Shown here: positions 12,789 through 27,112 of the stretch, one piece after another | Numbering within the stretch: the stretch's first letter is position 1 | Layout of the letters: each line of letters opens with the position of its first letter | Assembly (NCBI RefSeq): GCF_006345805.1 | Contig: NC_043020.1 | Coordinates: forward strand, 8,618,001 to 8,682,000 | Source of the DNA: Octopus sinensis | Lineage: Eukaryota | Reading direction: 5' to 3' | DNA: 64,000 bases | Made by a program: the position numbers and the translations under genes | The notes under the pieces: model-generated | Database searches by the model: none | What the model was told of the DNA's origin: nothing | The model's input: only the letters and a program-made list of their open reading frames with translations

Positions 12789-14689
12789 TTAGTCATTAGA
12801 TTGTGGTCATGCTGGGGCACTGCCTTGAATTTTTTAGTTGAATTGACCCCCACTATTTTTTTTTTTAAGCCAGATACTTCTATTGGTCTCTTTTGCCAAA
12901 CTGCTAAATCACAGAGACATAAACACACCAACATTGGTAGTCAAATGGTGGATACACACACACACACACACAACACACACACACACACACCTGATAGGTG
13001 TCTTTCAGTTTCTGTCTACCAAATCCACTCACAAGGCTTTGGTCAACCCCAAAGCTATAGTAGAAGACACTTGCCCAAGGTGCCATGCAATATCTATAAA
13101 TATATGACTACCAGTGTAACAGCAGCAACATTAATTGCCAAGATGGTTAGATGACCTCACTTCAGATTAATTTCAGTGTGAAAAGTTTAAGAAAGATAAG
13201 TTTTCCTTCCAGAATATTCCGAACAGTTTTTTTAGAGATCCAACAGCTGGTTATCTGCAGAATGAGAGCAAATAATAATAAACCTTTCTCGTAACTTGAC
13301 ATCTTTTCTCAGATAACTTTGATAGCAGTTTACTTATTTAGCCAAGAAAAACTAATTTTATGTTAGGCAGGAGGGTGAGTCTGGTGAGAGACAGTGGGGC
13401 GGAGGTAGTTTCACCTTTGGTCAGTATCAAGTAATGGTAATAGAAATAATCTTTTCTACTATTGGTACAAGACCTGGAATTTGTGGGGAGGGGGATAGTC
13501 GATTACATCGACCCCCAGCACTTGACTGGTACTTAATTTATTGATCCTGAAAGGATGAAAGGTAAAGTCGACCTCAGTGGAATTTGAACTCAGAACATAA
13601 AGATGGACAAAATACTGCTAAGTATTTCACCTGGTGTGCTAACGATTGTGCCAGCTTGACACCTTAATGATAATAATAATAATTTCTATTCTAGGTACAA
13701 GGCCTTGAAAATTTTGCGGGGAAGGGGGCTAGTCAATTACATTGACCCCAGAGCATAACTTGTACTTATTTCATTGACCCCGAAAGGATGAAAGGCAAGG
13801 TTGACCTCGGCAGAATTTGAACTCAGAACATAGCAGCAGATGAAATACCACTAAGCATTTTGCCTGATGTGTTAATGATTCTGCCAGCTCACCATCTTAG
13901 TAATAATAATAATAATAATAATAATAATGATAATAAACAACAATAATTCTTGTGGCATTTGGTGCACTTTTGGTACAACACTCAAAATGCTACCGAAGAG
14001 ATCAATGGATATTGGAATTGACCTGCAGAAAGTGCAATCCTTTATTCTGCTAGAATCCAAAAAAAGGCTCTCACGATTCGAGGACACGTGTTGGCACCAA
14101 ACTTAAAGACAATATCTTTACTAATTCATAAAGCATGTAATAATAATGATAGACTGAAGGCGGCGGAGCTGGCAGAATTGTTTGATCGCTGGGCAAAATG
14201 CTTAGCAGTATTTTGTCTGCCGTTATGTTCTGAGTTCAAATTCCACCGAGGTCGACTTTGCCTTTCATCCTTTTGGGGTCGATAAATTAAGTACCAGTTA
14301 CATACTGAGGTTGATCTAATCGACTATCCCCCCCTCCCCCAAAATTTCGGGCCTTTTGCCTAGAGTAGAAAAGAATAATAACGATGGACTCTCCCATCAA
14401 AGTCAATGTATGAGTGTTCAGCTTTTGTTGGACAACCTGCACAAATGATTTGTTTATAGTGACCAAATGTTCATGTCACACATTCGCTCACTCTTTCCAT
14501 TAAATTGACGTTACCTGAACAGGTGCATAGTGTACCACGCATCAGGTGTCAACATGATCACAGAGCAATGCGAGATGAAGTGTTTTGCTCAAGAACACAA
14601 TGCACCACTTGGTCTTGGAAGCCACGATCTTGTGATTGTGTGTGCCACTGGGCCATGCTCCCAAGTGGTTATCAAGTAATGTTAATAGT

Positions 14690-15610
14690 AATTGTTCCTA
14701 CTGGAAGCACAAGGCCTTAAATTTGGAGGAAGGGATTAAGTCGATTTACATTGACCCCAGTGTGTAACTGGTACTTATTTAATCAATCCCGAAAGGATGA
14801 AAGGCAAAGTCGATCTTGGCAGAATTTGAACTCAGATTGTAGCAGCAGACAAAATACTGCTGAGCATTTTTCCTCGCATGCTAATGATTCTGCCAGCTCA
14901 CTGCTTTAATACTAATTATAATCGTTTCTGCTTCAGGCACAAGGCCAAGAATTTTGGGGGAGGGGGCCAGTCGATTAGGTTGACCCCAGTATGCAACTGG
15001 TACTTAATTTATCAACCCCAAAAGGATGAAAGGCAAAGTTGACCTGGGTGGAATTTAAACTCAGAATGTAAAGACAGACAAAATACCACTAAGCATTTCA
15101 CCTGGTGTGCTAACGATTCTGCCACTCACTGCCTTAATAATAATGATAATAATAATAATAAGTTTCAAATTTTGGTGCAAGGTGAGCAATTTTGAGGGAG
15201 AGGAAAGTAGATTATATTGAACTCAGTGTTCAACTGGTACTTACTTTAATGACCCTGAAATGATGGAAGGCAAAGTTGACATCAGTGGAATTTGAACTTG
15301 GAGCGTAAACACGGATGATGCTGCTAAACATTTTGCTCAGCATGCTAATGATTCTGTCAGTTCATCACCTTAATAATAATAATAATAATAATAATAATCC
15401 TTTCTACTATAGGCACAAGGCCTGAAATTTTGGGGAGGAGGGGACTAGTCAATTACATCAACCCCACTGTGCAACTGGTACTTTTTTTCATCAACCCGAA
15501 AGGGACGAAAGGCAAAGTCAACCTTGGAGGAATTTGAATTTCAATCATTAACATGGACAAAATGCTGCTAAACATTTTTCCTGGCATGCTAACAATTCTG
15601 CCAGCTCACC
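14690..15610 (-). mobile_element. Tandem array of SINE family B
   Basis: Four head-to-tail copies. Confidence 0.8.
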
Positions 15611-15611
15611 A

Positions 15612-15991
15612 TGGCTGTGTGGTAAGTAGCTTGCTTACCATCCACATGGTTCCAGGTTCAGTCCCACTGCGTGGCACCTTGAGCAAGTGTCTTCTACTAT
15701 AGCATCAGGCTGACCAAAGCCTTCTGAATGGATTTGGTAGACAGAAACTGAAATAAGCCCGTTGTATATATATTGTGTGTGTATATGTTTGTGTGTCTGT
15801 GTCTGTCCCCCCCAACATTGCTTGACAACCGATGCTGGTGTGCTTACGTCCCCGTAACTTAGCAGCTCGGCAAAAGAGACCGATAGAATAAGTACCACGC
15901 TTACAAAGAATAAGTCCTGGGATCGATTTGTTCGACTAAAGGCGGTGCTCCAGCATGGCCACAGTCAAATGACTGAAACAAGTAAAAGAGT
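15612..15991 (+). mobile_element. SINE family A
   Basis: Similarity to 8451-8850. Confidence 0.85.
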
Positions 15992-16004
15992 ATAATAATA
16001 ATAA

Positions 16005-16400
16005 TACCTGCTATACCTGGGGATGTAAGCATAAATGACAAAAAACAAAAGATCGGAAAGTACAGACTACTAAAAGATGGAATTGCAAGAATGTGGACTA
16101 TGAGGGGAGTACTCTGTCATTCCAGTAGTTGTTGGGGTACTTGGAACACTAACAACCAAGTTCAAGAAATACATCAGAGAAATCGGAATTGACATGAGAG
16201 CAGAGCAAGCCCAAAACGCTGCTCTGCTGGGGACAGGTAGGGTTTTGAGATCGGTACTTGGATGTTGAATGTCTCCCATGATAACTAACAGTCAAGTGCT
16301 AAAGCTTATAATGAGGCCCTGTGAGATCTCTAACAGCAGGCTGCTGTGCACTCACAGAATCTCCCAGAGCAAACAAGATTGAGTACTCAGAAAAGTAAAA
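16005..16400 (+). mobile_element. R4/Dong-like (restriction-like endonuclease) non-LTR 3' fragment between (AAT)n tracts
   Basis: Degenerate KIGKYRLLKMELQ..W...VIPVVVGVLGT...AQNAALLGTGRVLRSVL; related remnants at ~13945-14090 (+) and ~44860-44990 (-). Confidence 0.65.
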
Positions 16401-16609
16401 CAATAATAATAATAATAATTAATTCCTTTTATTGGCCACAAGGGCTGACAAACATGATTGGAAAACATAAAGGGACAAAACAGGACGAAAGGTTACAAAA
16501 GGTTTTGTCCGATTTTCGAAGGAAAAAAGTCCGTGTAAACAAGCTTTATAACAACGAAAAAGTTCAACAATTTATAAAACTCCCAATAGAGGAGACGCTT
16601 CGACAAGTG

Positions 16610-16646
<37 letters not shown>

Positions 16647-16924
16647 CAAGGACTGTTTGAGCAGGATGGGTTACTTGATCTGAAGAAAATTCTAACTGGG
16701 GCCCCACCGGCAAGCTCATGCACTGTTCATCTTGATATGAGATCACCGTGTTGTCCGTTTTTCGAAAGAAAAAAGTCCGTGTAATAATACAATGAAAAGA
16801 GCCTGATGTGATTTTAATAGATTGTTTATTTAATGGTTTGAATGATATTCCAACAGATCATCTGTCTGTCTTTGGGCTCATTTTACATTTTGAACCTGAA
16901 GAAGACAGATGAGCTGTTGAAATA

Positions 16925-17334
16925 TTCTCTTTTACTTGTTTCAGTCATTTGACTGCAGCCATGCTGGAGCACCGCCTTTAGCCGAGCAACTTGACTGCGG
17001 GACTTATTCTTTTGTAAGCCCAGTACTTATTCTATCAGTCTCTTTTGCCGAAACGCTAAGTGACAGGGACGTAAACACACCAGCATTGGTTGTCAAGCAA
17101 TGCTAAGGGGACAAACACAGACACACAAACATATACACACACACATACATATATATATATACATATATACGACAGGCTTCTTTCAGTTTCCGTCTACCAA
17201 ATCCACTCACAAGGCATTGGTCGGCCCGGGGCTATAGCAGAAGACACTTGCCCCAGATGCCACGCAGTGGGATTGAACCCAGAACCATGTGGTTGGTAAA
17301 CAAGCTACTTACCACACAGCCACTCCTGCACCTA
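16925..17334 (-). mobile_element. SINE family A
   Basis: Reverse-complement copy. Confidence 0.85.
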
Positions 17335-17671
17335 TCATTCAAACTGTTAAAAAAACAACCAATTACATATCACATCATACTCTTCTTGTTCAATAAGTTA
17401 TTGTCTATTTACCTTTGTGAAGAATGACAGCAATCTTCATAAATTATTATTAATAATCCTTTCTACTATAGGCACAAGGTCTGAAATTGGCGGGAGGGGA
17501 ATAGTCGATTACATCGACCCCAGTACTCGACTGGTACTTAATTTATTGATCCCGAAAGGATGAAAGGCAAAGTTGACCCTCAGCTGAACATGAACTCAGA
17601 ACATAGCGGCAGACAAAATACCGCTAAGCATTTCACTCGGTGTGTTAATGATTCTGCCAGCTTGTTGCCTT

Positions 17672-18030
17672 CATGCCGGTGGCACGTAAAAAGCACCAAC
17701 CATTTGTGGCCGTTTGCCAGACTCGTCTGGCACCACCATCCGTTCATGGCCGTTGCCAGCGCTGCCCCGACTGGCATCGTGCCGGTGGGACGTAAAAAGC
17801 ACCATCCAATCGTGGCTGTTTGCCAGCCTCGTCTGGCACCTGTGCCGGTGGCACGTAAAAAGCACCCACTACACTCATGGAGTGGTTGGTGTTAGGAAGG
17901 GCATCCAGCCATAGAAACATTGCCAGATCAGACTGGGCCTGGTGCAGCCTTCTGGCTTCCCAGATCCCAGTTGAACCGTCCAACCCATGCTAGCATGGAA
18001 AGTGGACGCTAAACGATGATGATGATGATA
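17672..18030 (+). mobile_element. RTE 3'UTR-derived repeat with internal tandem units (other copies ~23100, 25190, 34430, 43730, 44330, 55447, 58710, 61600)
   Basis: Repeated ggcacgtaaaaagcacc units, then ggagtggttggcgttaggaagggcatccagcc...gatgatgatg tail shared with the RTE end at 56540-57192. Confidence 0.7.
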
Positions 18031-18899
18031 ATAATGATAATAATAATTATATTTTCTTTAATAACTGCAAGTTAACTCTTCAAGGCAAGGATCCTTTAAG
18101 TGGATTTTGCTGCCACAAATATAACAGCTGGGTCTTCTACTCTGCACCATCAGTCACACTGCTCATATTTCTATGCTAACAACTGGGTTTTGTGAGTCCA
18201 TAAGGATCTGCAAATCCATGCTGACCTCTTCTAATTACATCTCATTCAGCTGCCCATCTCTCACCATCCACCCATACTGTACCACAAAGGCAGCAGTGAA
18301 GGGCCAACGTCAGTTGCCCCTTCACTGTTATCCTTCTGTTGTGGTAAGCCATGCTCTGTAGCACTGATGTATGGGAAGATATGGATCTTACTACTACAGC
18401 CTGTCTCTTGGCTTTGTTCTCAGTCTTGAAAAGCAGACAGAGGACATCGTAATGGTCAGCAGCAGTGGTGGTGGTGCTGCTGCCTCCTCCTCTGATGTAA
18501 TTGAAGAACCGATACTAACCAGTTGTGATTCTCTGTCTGATCAACTTCCACACCTCTCCGTCATTCATCACGACTTCACTTTCATTGATGCTAATTCTTG
18601 AGTCACATGCAATGACATCTCAGAAAGTGAGTTTCCTCAAGAAGATCCCCCACAAGTGGAGGGATGAAATGACCTCTCTGTTTGCTTGGTAACAGTGACC
18701 AGCCAATTTTAGTCATCTCCGATGTAGATGCAAAGATATTGGCTTCTGCTTTCCAATATATTTGCTGTAGGGTGGATTGTTCTCTCCTGTGCTCTGTGAA
18801 GTAGGTTGGTGTGTGTATCGTCCAGTTGCTTTTGTAGGTCAGTTGATGTCCAAGTTTCAGTTCTATACATCTGAATTGGTTTCACTCCCCAATGTGTGA

Positions 18900-19340
18900 T
18901 TGCTTATCTCCAGAAGCTGGAGGTCTTCAACCGCTTCTCTATTTGTCATCTTCTCAGCCTGCATTTTGAACCAACAACTTTACGCTTGCTGCAGTCTCTC
19001 ACCTCTTGTGGAAACTCTTCTGATGAGGAGACTATGGTCGTTTGGTCATGTGTTGCAGCATCTCCATGAGGAACTCATCTGGAAGGCAATAACACCAGAT
19101 CCCCACCCCCGCCCCCCGGGCTTGGTGTAAGTGGAGAGGTGGTCCGCTGGAGAAATGGTTCATGACAGCTAAAGCAAATATAGAGCTTGTTTCTGGCCCT
19201 TGAGTCTTTGGCATTCATTGCTGGAACCAGGAATGGCTTCAACACTCCCCAGAATCAGCCACTAACAGACGTGCATGGACCATTTCAACCTGTGGCGTGG
19301 TGAACTCAATAGGAGCCAGCTTAACCCTTCCTGGGTGAAT
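18900..19340 (+). mobile_element. Old RTE-like LINE remnant
   Basis: RRLWSFGHVLQH resembles the RTE RRLRWFGHVxR motif. Confidence 0.4.
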
Positions 19341-19385
19341 ACCGTTACAAGACGAGAAGAATTGGTTCAACTCCAGCTTCGAATG

Positions 19386-19789
19386 ATACTCTTTTTACTC
19401 TTTTACTTGTTTCAGTCATTTGACTGCAGCCATGCTGGAGCACCGCCTTTAGTCGAGCAAATCGACCCCAGGACTTATTCTTTGTAAGCCCAGTACTTAT
19501 TTTATCGGTCTCTTTTGCCGAACCACTAAGTGACGGGGACTTAAACACACCAGCATCGGTTGTCAAGCAATGCTAGGGGGACAAACACAGACACACAAAC
19601 ATATACACACACACTTATTTCTATATATATACGACAGGCTTCTTTCAGTTTCCATCTACCAAATCCACTCACAAGGCATTGGTCGGCCTGGGGCTATAGC
19701 AGAAGACTCTTGCCCCAGATGCCACGCAGTGGGACTGAACCCGGAACCATGTGGTTGGTTAGCAAGCTACTTACCACACAGCCACTCCA
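19386..19789 (-). mobile_element. SINE family A
   Basis: Reverse-complement copy. Confidence 0.85.
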
Positions 19790-19941
19790 TTTTGTTGTTG
19801 AAGTTGTTGTGCTGTATCTTGTCTAGTTTATTGCAAGCCTTCCATGATAGTGCTTGTTTTTTTTTATTCTAATACAAAATTCATTTTGTGAGTTCAAGAT
19901 ATTTAACTGTGTTCTTCGAGGTGTGTGCTTCAAGATATTAA

Positions 19942-20162
19942 CCCTTTAGCATTTAAACCGGCCATATCCGGTCAAAAGTATTCTGCCTGTTTTATGTTCA
20001 AACTGGCCAGATCTGGTCTCTCACACCAACCCTACAATATCGTTTTAAAAATTAACAGCTACCTCATCAAAATCTCATAGCTACAAGATAATGCCTGATT
20101 AGTTCAAGGCAATGTGGATGAAAAAGGATTAATTTTGGCAGAATAATGCAAACACTAAAGGG
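19942..20162. mobile_element. piggyBac-like MITE
   Basis: TTAA TSD; CCCTTTAG...CTAAAGGG termini. Confidence 0.88.
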
Positions 20163-22210
20163 TTAAGTCCTTCAGCCTTTTGCTGGTGTTGCTGGATAGG
20201 GACCTCATTTCAGAAGTATGAGGATTGGTGAGCACATGTAGCTTCTGTCCCCATGCATATCAATTAATGCGTACTTCAGTTCCTACTTAGAGGGTATACA
20301 AAAAGGTCCTTCCTGATGTGAGAGTAAGTCGACAGCTTTCTTTCTTGCTGTTGGGGGGAAAATTTTAGGGCATGGACTCTTTTTTGATAGTACAGTTCTG
20401 TTAAACTTGCATCCCTGATGTGGATCTGCTTAAGTCCATAATTTCTTTATTTGCTGTCATATTTTTGAATGTGTCTTCATGCGTGTTGCACTGCATAGCA
20501 TTTTGGGCAAGTGTTTTCTACTATGGCTCTGAGCAGACCAAAACCTTGTGAGTGGATTTGGTAGATGGAAAGAGAAAGAAGCTCATCATGTGTGTGTGTG
20601 TGTGTGTGTGTGTGTACATACGTAAATATGAAACAATGAGGATGAGTGCTCAACACCATATTTATTGATAAAAACTCTTTATTTGTGTATTAAGGCTACC
20701 ATTGGTTTCATCTTAAGAAATGTCTCAACAATTATTCAAGCCAATCAAATAGAAAAATTGATGTTCATTTCCATTTTGGACTAAAATGTGTGTGTATGTA
20801 TGACTGTGTTTGGGTGTGTCCTTGTCCAGACATCCTGTGATGGTTGTAAATGAACATCACCCTTAATGTGAAGTTTTTTTCCAGTCTTCCATGAAAAGGA
20901 ATGAAATACCACTAAGCATTTAGCCTGGTGTGCTAATGATTGTGCCAGCTCACTGCTTTATTATTATTAATAATAATAATGATAATAATAATCCTTTCTA
21001 CTCTGGGCACAAGGCCTGCAATTTTGGATGAGGGGGCTAGTCGATTGCATTGACCCCAGGGTCTCACTGGTACTTAATTTATCAATCCTGAAAGGATGAA
21101 GAGCAAAGTCGACCTCGGTGGAATTTGAACTCAGAACGTGTAATAATGATAATAATAATAATCTTTACTATAGGTAAAATGGTCTGAAATTTTGTGGGAG
21201 TGGGGCTAGTTGCTTATATCAGCCCTAGTGTTCAACTGGTACTTTTTAATTGACCCCAAAAGGATAAATGGCAACATTGACCTTGGTGGAATTTGAACTC
21301 GAGGCATAAAGACTGATGAAATGCCACTAAGCATCTTGACCAAAAGGCAAATGATTCTGCCAGTCAACCACTTTTCTGAGTTTAAGGTATTAAAGTAAAT
21401 ATTTCTTTATTGCCCACAGGGGGCTAAACATAGAGAGACAAACAAGGGCAGACAAAGGGATTAAGTCGATAACATCGACCCCGGTGCGTAACTGGTACTT
21501 ATTTAATCGATCCTGAAAATATGAAATCAATGTTGACCTCGGTGGAATTTGGACTCAGAACGTAGTGGCAGATGAAATACCTATTTCTTTATTACCCACA
21601 AGGGGATAAACACAGAGGGGACAAACAAGGACAGACATAGGTATTAAGTCGATTACATCGACCCCAGTGCGTAACTGGTACTTAATTTATCAACCCCGAA
21701 AGGATGAAAGGCAAAGTCGACCTCGGCGGAATTTGAACTCACAACGTAACGCAGACGAAATACGGCTACGCATTTCGCCCGGTGTCCTAATGTTTCTACC
21801 AGTTCGCCGCAGATGAAATACCGCTAAGCATTTTGCCTGGCATGCTAACGATTCTGCCGGCTTGCCACCATGATATTAAAATAAATATTGGTAAACTAGT
21901 GGGGGTCACTATATTGGTGCCTGTCTGCATCTGTGTGTGTATTTGTAAATGTGTGTATCTATATCTGTGTGTCTGTGAATATGTTTGTATTCATGTGTGT
22001 GTGTGTGTGTCTGAAGATGCAGGTCTGTGAATTTGTACTTGTGTTCATCTTTCCATGCATACGTTGTTGATCTTTCACTCACACTGTCTGTCTGTGTGTC
22101 TCTCTGCATCTCTCTCCATCTTTATCAATTTGTATCTCTTGCCTGTCTGCCTGGCTCTTCCTGCCTTTCTGAATGTCTGGATCCCTGTCTGTCAGGATTC
22201 CTGCCTATCT

Positions 22211-22215
<5 letters not shown>

Positions 22216-22253
<38 letters not shown>

Positions 22254-22410
22254 GTGTGTGTGTGTGTGTGTATATATGTGTGTGTGTGTGTGTGTATATA
22301 TGTGTGTGTGTGTGTATATGGGTGTGTGTGTGTGTGTATATGGGTGTGTGTGTATATGGGTGTGTGTGTATATATATGTGTGTGTGTATATGTGTGTGTG
22401 TGTGTATATA

Positions 22411-22443
<33 letters not shown>

Positions 22444-22470
22444 ATATATATGTGTGTGTGTGTGTGTGTA
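22216..22470. repeat. Compound (CT)/(TA)/(TG) microsatellite
   Basis: Direct inspection. Confidence 0.95.
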
Positions 22471-22590
22471 TAAGCATGTCTGTTCAGAAATTTGGTTCTC
22501 AATCACACAATTCTGGATAAACTTCTCTAGACTTGGGTCAGCCAAAGCTTTTGTGAGTGTGTTTACTAGATGGAAACTGAAAGAAGCTCA

Positions 22591-22630
<40 letters not shown>

Positions 22631-22878
22631 ATGTATGTGTTAGTGTCTTCTTGCCTGGACATCACGAGATTGTTGTAAATGAGTGTTGTCATCATGGAAG
22701 CAGTGTCCTTCTTTTCCAGTCTTTTGTGAAAAACATGTCTGGCCATGGGGAAATATTACCTTGCTTGCAATCAAGGTGAGGGAGGGTTGGTGACAGGAAG
22801 AGCATCCAGCCATTTAAATCTGCCTCAACAACAAATTTGTCTGACCCATGTGAGTGTGGGAAAGAGGACATTAAAATG

Positions 22879-22933
<55 letters not shown>

Positions 22934-23956
22934 ACACATATGCAGACATACACTCGCACACTTTCTTGCACATGTGTACACATGCACAGCTACACACTCA
23001 CACATGCACACACAAGTGCACACAGCCACTTCTCTCGCTTCCACTCCATCTCTCAGCTGAGAGGTCTTTGTCTTGCAAGCTACTCAGCAACCCCACAGAT
23101 GCTGGTGCCACGTGAAATGCACTTGTGCTGGGTGGTTGGTGTTAAAAAGGGGATCCAGCCATAGGGAAACCATGCCAAAACATAACAACTGGAGCCTGGT
23201 GCAGCCCTTGGCTTGCCAGCACCTATCAAACCATCCAACCCATACCAGTATGGAAAAATGATAATAATGATGACAACAGCACAATCCCATTTTGGATCCC
23301 CCTTTTGTTATCTACGTTCTACAGTAACATCTGTCAACTTTATAAACCATCATTACAATATTTAATATTCTCCATATTTTTAATGACCCGGTCAAAACTA
23401 TTTCACTTCGTATAATTATATCTTGAACCATATTTCTCACAATATTTACAATTCCTCATAATATTTTCCATCATCTTTTTATTATTTTTTCTTCTTTTTG
23501 TCATTGTTGTTCTTTTTTATCTCATTGTTTCTTCTCCTCCTTCCTTAGTCTTTCCTTTCTTTCTTTTTTTTTTCTTCTTCCCTAACCTCCTTTCTTTTCT
23601 TCTTTCTTTCTTTCATTCTTTGTCTTTCTCTTCCTTTCTTACATTTCTCTTTCTTCTTCACCACCACCACCACACTCTGTGTAGGACTGTGTTACCCAAT
23701 GTAGTAATGTATGTATGTGTGTGTGTGATTTGGTTATTATTTCCAGCATGTCAAGCAACATAATAGAGATTTCTTATAGTGTTTTTGCTCCTCAAATGGA
23801 TCAGTCACTTGTTTACTTCGTGTCTGCTGGCAGGAAGTGACAAGGGAGTGTGTGCCCTCAGGTCAGAACAAATGTCACATTATTCATAGTGGTATCTTTT
23901 TGGTGATACACATCAATGAATGATACATACACAGAAACACATGCACACATACTCAG

Positions 23957-23957
<1 letters not shown>

Positions 23958-24033
<76 letters not shown>

Positions 24034-24505
24034 TTCTCACACACTCACATGCATGCTCTCTCTCTCTCGCACGCAAGGTCTCTATTGCATGCATGCTCTC
24101 TCCTGCACACACGCATGCACACTTGCACGCACGGTCTCTCACATGCACACTCGCATTCATGCTCACTCGCATGCTCTCTCGCACACACGTATGCTCTCTT
24201 GCATGCACGTATGTTCTCGCACGCATCTACGCTCTCTTGCAAGCATGTACGCTCTCTCGCACACACGCATGCTTTCTTGCACACACGTATGCTCTCTTGC
24301 ATGCATGTATGCTCTCTTGCATGCACTCACTCTCTCGCACACACGCTCTCTCGCACACACGTATGCTCTCTTGCATGCATGTATGCTCTCTTGCATGCAC
24401 TCACTCTCTCGCACACACTCTCTCTCGCACGCACACACGTATGCACACACTCTCTCTCGCACGCACACACTCTCTCTCATGCTTGTACACTCTCACCCTC
24501 ACACA

Positions 24506-24538
<33 letters not shown>
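23958..24538. repeat. (CA)n flanking a degenerate gcatgcacgtatgctctctt minisatellite
   Basis: Direct inspection. Confidence 0.9.
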
Positions 24539-24540
<2 letters not shown>

Positions 24541-26100
24541 CAATCTCTTGGGTTTGAGAAAGACAGTTCTGCAATTTCTTGCTGAAAGACTTGCTCAAGA
24601 CGATCTGGTTACTGGGATCAAATACATGTGTTGCACATTAGTTTACTCACTTCATCGAATCAGCATTGGCTGAACAGGCGCACCTGAACAGGTGTTGAAG
24701 TGATCGCAGGACATGAGATGAATTGATTTGCTCAAGAACACAAAACACACACAAATCATGATCTTGTGACTGCGACTGCAACACTCTAACCGCTTCTCTA
24801 TGCACCCTACACACAACACACACACACACATATATGATTGTAGTCGAGCTGGTAAAAGGCGGCGAGCTGGCAGAAACGTTAGCACGCCAGGTGAAATTCG
24901 TAGCCGTATTTCGTCTGCCGTTACGTTCTGAGTTCAAATTCCGCTGAGGTCAACTTTGCCTTTCATCCTTTCGGGGTCGATAACTTAAGTACCAGTTACG
25001 CACTGGGGTCGATGTAGTCGACTTAATCCCTTTGTCTGTCCTTGTTTGTCCTCTCTGTGTTTAGCCCCTTGTGGGTAGTAAAGAAATATATATGATTGTA
25101 GTCTCTTGTAGTCCTAGGAAAATGGTTCGGTAATTAATTTCTAGACGACCTGCACAAATGATTTGTTTTTAGTGATGATGGCATGTAAAGAGCACCTTTC
25201 AAGCATTGGGCCTCACGAGGGCAAAGGGGCCGAGTTCCTTTTGAGTGTTGGGCCTCACAGAAGCAATGACTGAGACCTTTGGCATTACGTCATGCTTGAG
25301 AAGAAGACCCATCAAGCTGAGTTGTGGCAGATACAGGTGTCACGCAAATTGGTACCCATTCCAGTGGCACGTAAAAGCACCTCAGTCTCATGCAAATGGC
25401 ACCCATGCTGGTGGCACATAAAGGCCCCCATTACACTCTGAGTGGTTGGTGTTAGGAAGGGATTCCAGCCGTAGAAATCCATGCCAAATCTGACTGGAGT
25501 CTGGTGTAGACTTCCAGCTTACCAGCCCTGGTCAAACTGTCCAACCCATACCAGCATGGACAACGACCGTTAAATGATGATGATGATGATGATGATGATC
25601 GGTTGTTGAGCTGTGAATTAGCTCTCTCTGTCTCCATCAAATCATCTTTGCCTGAACAGGTGCAACACATGTGCTACGTGTCAGCTGTTGAAGTGATTTC
25701 AGGGCAACGTGTGATGAAGTGTTTTGCTCAAGAACACAATGCACCACGTGGTCTGGGAATCGAACCCACAATCTTGCAACAGTGAGTGCAACATTGTGAC
25801 CACTAGGCCATGTGCCCTCACACACACACACACACATATATATACATATGTGTATATATTATATATATATTATATATATTATATTATAATATATATATAT
25901 TACCATATTTATATATATATATGTATATATTCCCTTCTCTGGACTTTCCTTCTCCTATGTTCAAACAAGAGCTCCGCTCGAAACGTTAAACCCTCCTTCT
26001 TTCCTTCTTTCCAGAGCGTCCAATAATACTATATTTGTTCCACGTCCTCGCGTTGTGTTTTTTGTGCTTTCATGTTTGGATTACTTTATATATATATATG

Positions 26101-26156
<56 letters not shown>

Positions 26157-26375
26157 TATATATATATGTATATATATGTATATATATATATATACTATAT
26201 ATATACCATGCGTACTTAATACATGGAACCATGTAATGGTAAGGCAAGCTACTTCCACAGAGCCACTCCTGCACCTGGCCACTCATTTTAGCAATGTTGC
26301 ATGTGTACACTTCCAACATGTTTGTTGCAGTTTATTGTGCTTCTCATTGTTGTTTACGCATATCTATCTATCATA

Positions 26376-26805
26376 TACTCTTTTACTCATTTTACTTGTT
26401 TCAGTCATTTGACTGCGGCCATGCTGGAGCACCGCCTTTAATCGAGCAACTCGACCCCGGGACTTATTCTTTTGTAAGCCCAGTACTTATTCTATCGGTC
26501 GCTTTTGCCGAACCGCTAAGTAACGGGGACATAAACAACACCAGCATCGGTTGTCAAGCAATGCTAGGGGGACAAACACAGACACACAAACATACATACA
26601 AATACATATTATATAATATATATATTATATGTGTATATACAACATATATACGACGGGCTTCTTCAGTTTCCGTCTACCAAATCCACTCACAAGGCTTTGG
26701 TCAGCCCGAAGGGTATCGTAGAAGACACTTGCCCAAGGTGCCACGCAGTGGGACTGAACCCGGAACCATGTGGTTGGTAAACAAAGCTACTTACCACATA
26801 GCCAC
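26376..26805 (-). mobile_element. SINE family A
   Basis: Reverse-complement copy. Confidence 0.85.
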
Positions 26806-27081
26806 ACACACCACATATAATATATATATATATATATTATATAATATATATATATATGTGTGTGTGTGTATGTGTGTGTGTGTGTGTACTGTGTGTGTGT
26901 GTGTATTTCTATGAAGGCTTCACTGAATGCTCATTTCTTGTGACTGTGTGCACGTGTGTGTGAACTTGAAAATGAAATTATTGATTTCTTTGCATCAGAA
27001 TATAAATAGAACATTAGTGTGGCTTGAATAATTGAAAAGTGGTGGTGGCAACAGTACTGTGGTGGTGGTGGTGGCAGTAGC

Positions 27082-27112
<31 letters not shown>

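Noticed and set aside
17672-17870. CRISPR-like repeat/spacer appearance
   Set aside because: Spacers are homologous to each other, the context is eukaryotic, and no cas genes are present
22027-22678. Long Cys/Val/His/Thr-rich ORFs (also 23916-24673 and 30215-31309)
   Set aside because: Translations of (CA/TG)n microsatellites, open in several frames
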